Shown here: in pieces, positions 62,911 through 64,000 of the stretch
How the letters are laid out: each line of letters begins with the position of its first letter
Numbering within the stretch: position 1 is the stretch's first letter
NCBI GenBank assembly: GCA_944372525.1
Contig: CALVZL010000005.1
Span: 4,200 to 68,199, forward strand
DNA: 64,000 nucleotides
Direction of reading: 5' to 3'
Source: an uncultured Clostridia bacterium
GTDB lineage: Bacteria; Bacillota; Clostridia; Christensenellales; Borkfalkiaceae
Notes under the pieces: model-generated
Database searches by the model: none
Told to the model about the DNA's origin: nothing
What the model saw: only the letters and a program-made list of their open reading frames with translations
Made by a program: the position numbers and the translations under genes

Positions 62911-63765
62911 TCATACCAGTCCCAAAATATTGCGATATACCTCGGTATCCTCCGGGAGATAGGTGTTGAACACGATCTTCAATTTGCTCTCCCTGTGCCG
63001 CAGCCGCCAGTTCACCACCGCGCCCACGGCGATCTCCGCCGCCTCTTCGCGCGGGAAATTAAAGACGCCCGTAGAAATGCAGCAGAAGGCGACGCTGTCC
63101 AGCCCCGCCTCTTCCGCAAGATTGAGGCAGGAAAGATAACAACCGCGAAGCTGTGCCCGCTGCTGTTTTGTGACCTCCAGCCCGACCATCGGTCCGACGG
63201 TATGCAGGACAAAACGGCTGGGAAGATTGTAGGCGCGGGTAAGTTTTGCCTCCCCGCATTCCTCCTCCTGTTCCTGCAGCGCCATGATCTTCGCACAATC
63301 GTCGCGCAACTGCATCCCGGCAAAAGAATGAATGACATTGTCGATGCAGTGATGCCCCGGAACGAAACAGCCCAGGAGCGTCTTATTCGCGGCATTGACA
63401 ATCCCGTCTGCCGCCAAGCGGGTGATATCTCCCTCCCACAGCGCAATGTCATACCTTCCGAATGTGAGTTCATCAACGGAGAGGATCCCCCGCTCGAGGG
63501 TCTCCGTCCAAAACAAGCGGTCCTGCAGCGCGAGGATCTCCTGCGGAACGGGAAGCGGCGAGCGCTGATTCATATACGCCCGCACCAACTCCCGCTTGCG
63601 GGCATAGGTCGCGTTGAAGGCCGCAATGGTTCCCCGTTCGCGCAGCAGAAATTTGAGAAGTTCTCCGCATGCCGCCGATTTCTCCTCCTCCGTACGGAAA
63701 GGTTCGGGACGGGGATAGGGAGACAGATCGATGACCTTGCGGTATTTTTTGAGCGAGATCCCCAT
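62911..63765 (-). CDS. macrodomain protein (ADP-ribose/protein-ADP-ribose hydrolase type) with a Cys/His motif
   Basis: GDITRLAADGIVNAANKTLLG, AFCCISTGVFNFP, and the CFVPGHHCIDNVIH motif reported for zinc-containing bacterial macrodomains. It has a ~100-aa N-terminal extension. Confidence 0.8.
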   Translation of the reverse strand: MGISLKKYRKVIDLSPYPRPEPFRTEEEKSAACGELLKFLLRERGTIAAFNATYARKRELVRAYMNQRSPLPVPQEILALQDRLFWTETLERGILSVDELTFGRYDIALWEGDITRLAADGIVNAANKTLLGCFVPGHHCIDNVIHSFAGMQLRDDCAKIMALQEQEEECGEAKLTRAYNLPSRFVLHTVGPMVGLEVTKQQRAQLRGCYLSCLNLAEEAGLDSVAFCCISTGVFNFPREEAAEIAVGAVVNWRLRHRESKLKIVFNTYLPEDTEVYRNILGLV

Positions 63766-63766
63766 A

Positions 63767-64000
63767 TCAGTTCCCCGCCCTGTAATAGTTGATCAGACAT
63801 CCGCTGAGCAAAATCTTCCGTTCGTCCGCGGTGAGTTCACCGATCGTGAGCACCGTGTCGCGCGTCTGTCCGTTTGCCGAAAAGACCTTCACAAGCACGC
63901 GGGTCTCTCCCGAAGCAATTGTTTCGGCAATGTTCTCGACGAACAGATATTCCCCCGTTTTGAACGCAAGTTTTTCACAGACAAAGGGAATCATCCCCCA
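63767..64000 (-). CDS. hypothetical protein, possibly 5'-truncated by the window end
   Basis: 75-aa ORF from the ATG at 63994, but the frame stays open to 64000. Its stop abuts the macrodomain start (63765). No family recognised. Confidence 0.4.
   Translation of the reverse strand, partial: WGMIPFVCEKLAFKTGEYLFVENIAETIASGETRVLVKVFSANGQTRDTVLTIGELTADERKILLSGCLINYYRAGN

Overview
This is a 64-kb, GC-rich window. Lipobox lipoproteins, an LplABC-like ABC importer and extended -10 promoters suggest a Gram-positive-type organism, probably an anaerobic Clostridia-class gut or rumen bacterium (inference). Most genes are on the minus strand. (i) 1-3.6 kb holds a 3'-partial phosphohexomutase and two unknown polytopic membrane proteins. 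(ii) 3.8-35.1 kb is one co-directional glycan and amino-sugar locus. It encodes a NAGPA-type phosphodiester glycosidase, an SGNH esterase, two DUF4127 paralogues, a ROK kinase, GH20, two GH31 and an RpiR regulator. It also has a 1500-aa triple-repeat lipoprotein, an ABC importer, a Big_2 lipoprotein, a secreted GDPD phosphodiesterase and a GH26-like lipoprotein. It ends with NanE, a Gfo/Idh/MocA oxidoreductase, NagB and NagA. (iii) 35.6-38.6 kb holds a BspA-type LRR lipoprotein and a GH51 arabinofuranosidase. (iv) 38.7-47.0 kb is a complete phosphate module: PhoR/PhoP-like two-component system, Na/Pi cotransporter, phoU, pstB, fused pstCA and pstS. (v) 47.2-51.6 kb is a low-coding-density island. 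It contains tRNA-Pro(CGG), tRNA-Thr(GGU), a GrpB/cytidine-deaminase fusion broken by an in-frame TAG, and a HEPN-like/CBS protein. It also contains a roughly 0.6-kb purine-rich, ORF-less region behind a consensus promoter. (vi) 51.6-64 kb holds glmS-glmM (no glmS ribozyme seen), glpK, DUF2207-LemA, DUF308, a P1B-type ATPase with a divergent TetR, and a Zn-type macrodomain protein. I saw no CRISPR array, rRNA, transposase, integrase or phage genes. All family calls come from motif recognition by eye on the supplied translations and on my own reverse-complement reading. No database or covariance search was run. The items most worth follow-up are the phosphodiester-glycan hypothesis for the big locus, the triple-repeat lipoprotein, the DUF4127 pair, and the HEPN-CBS gene with its adjacent orphan RNA region.
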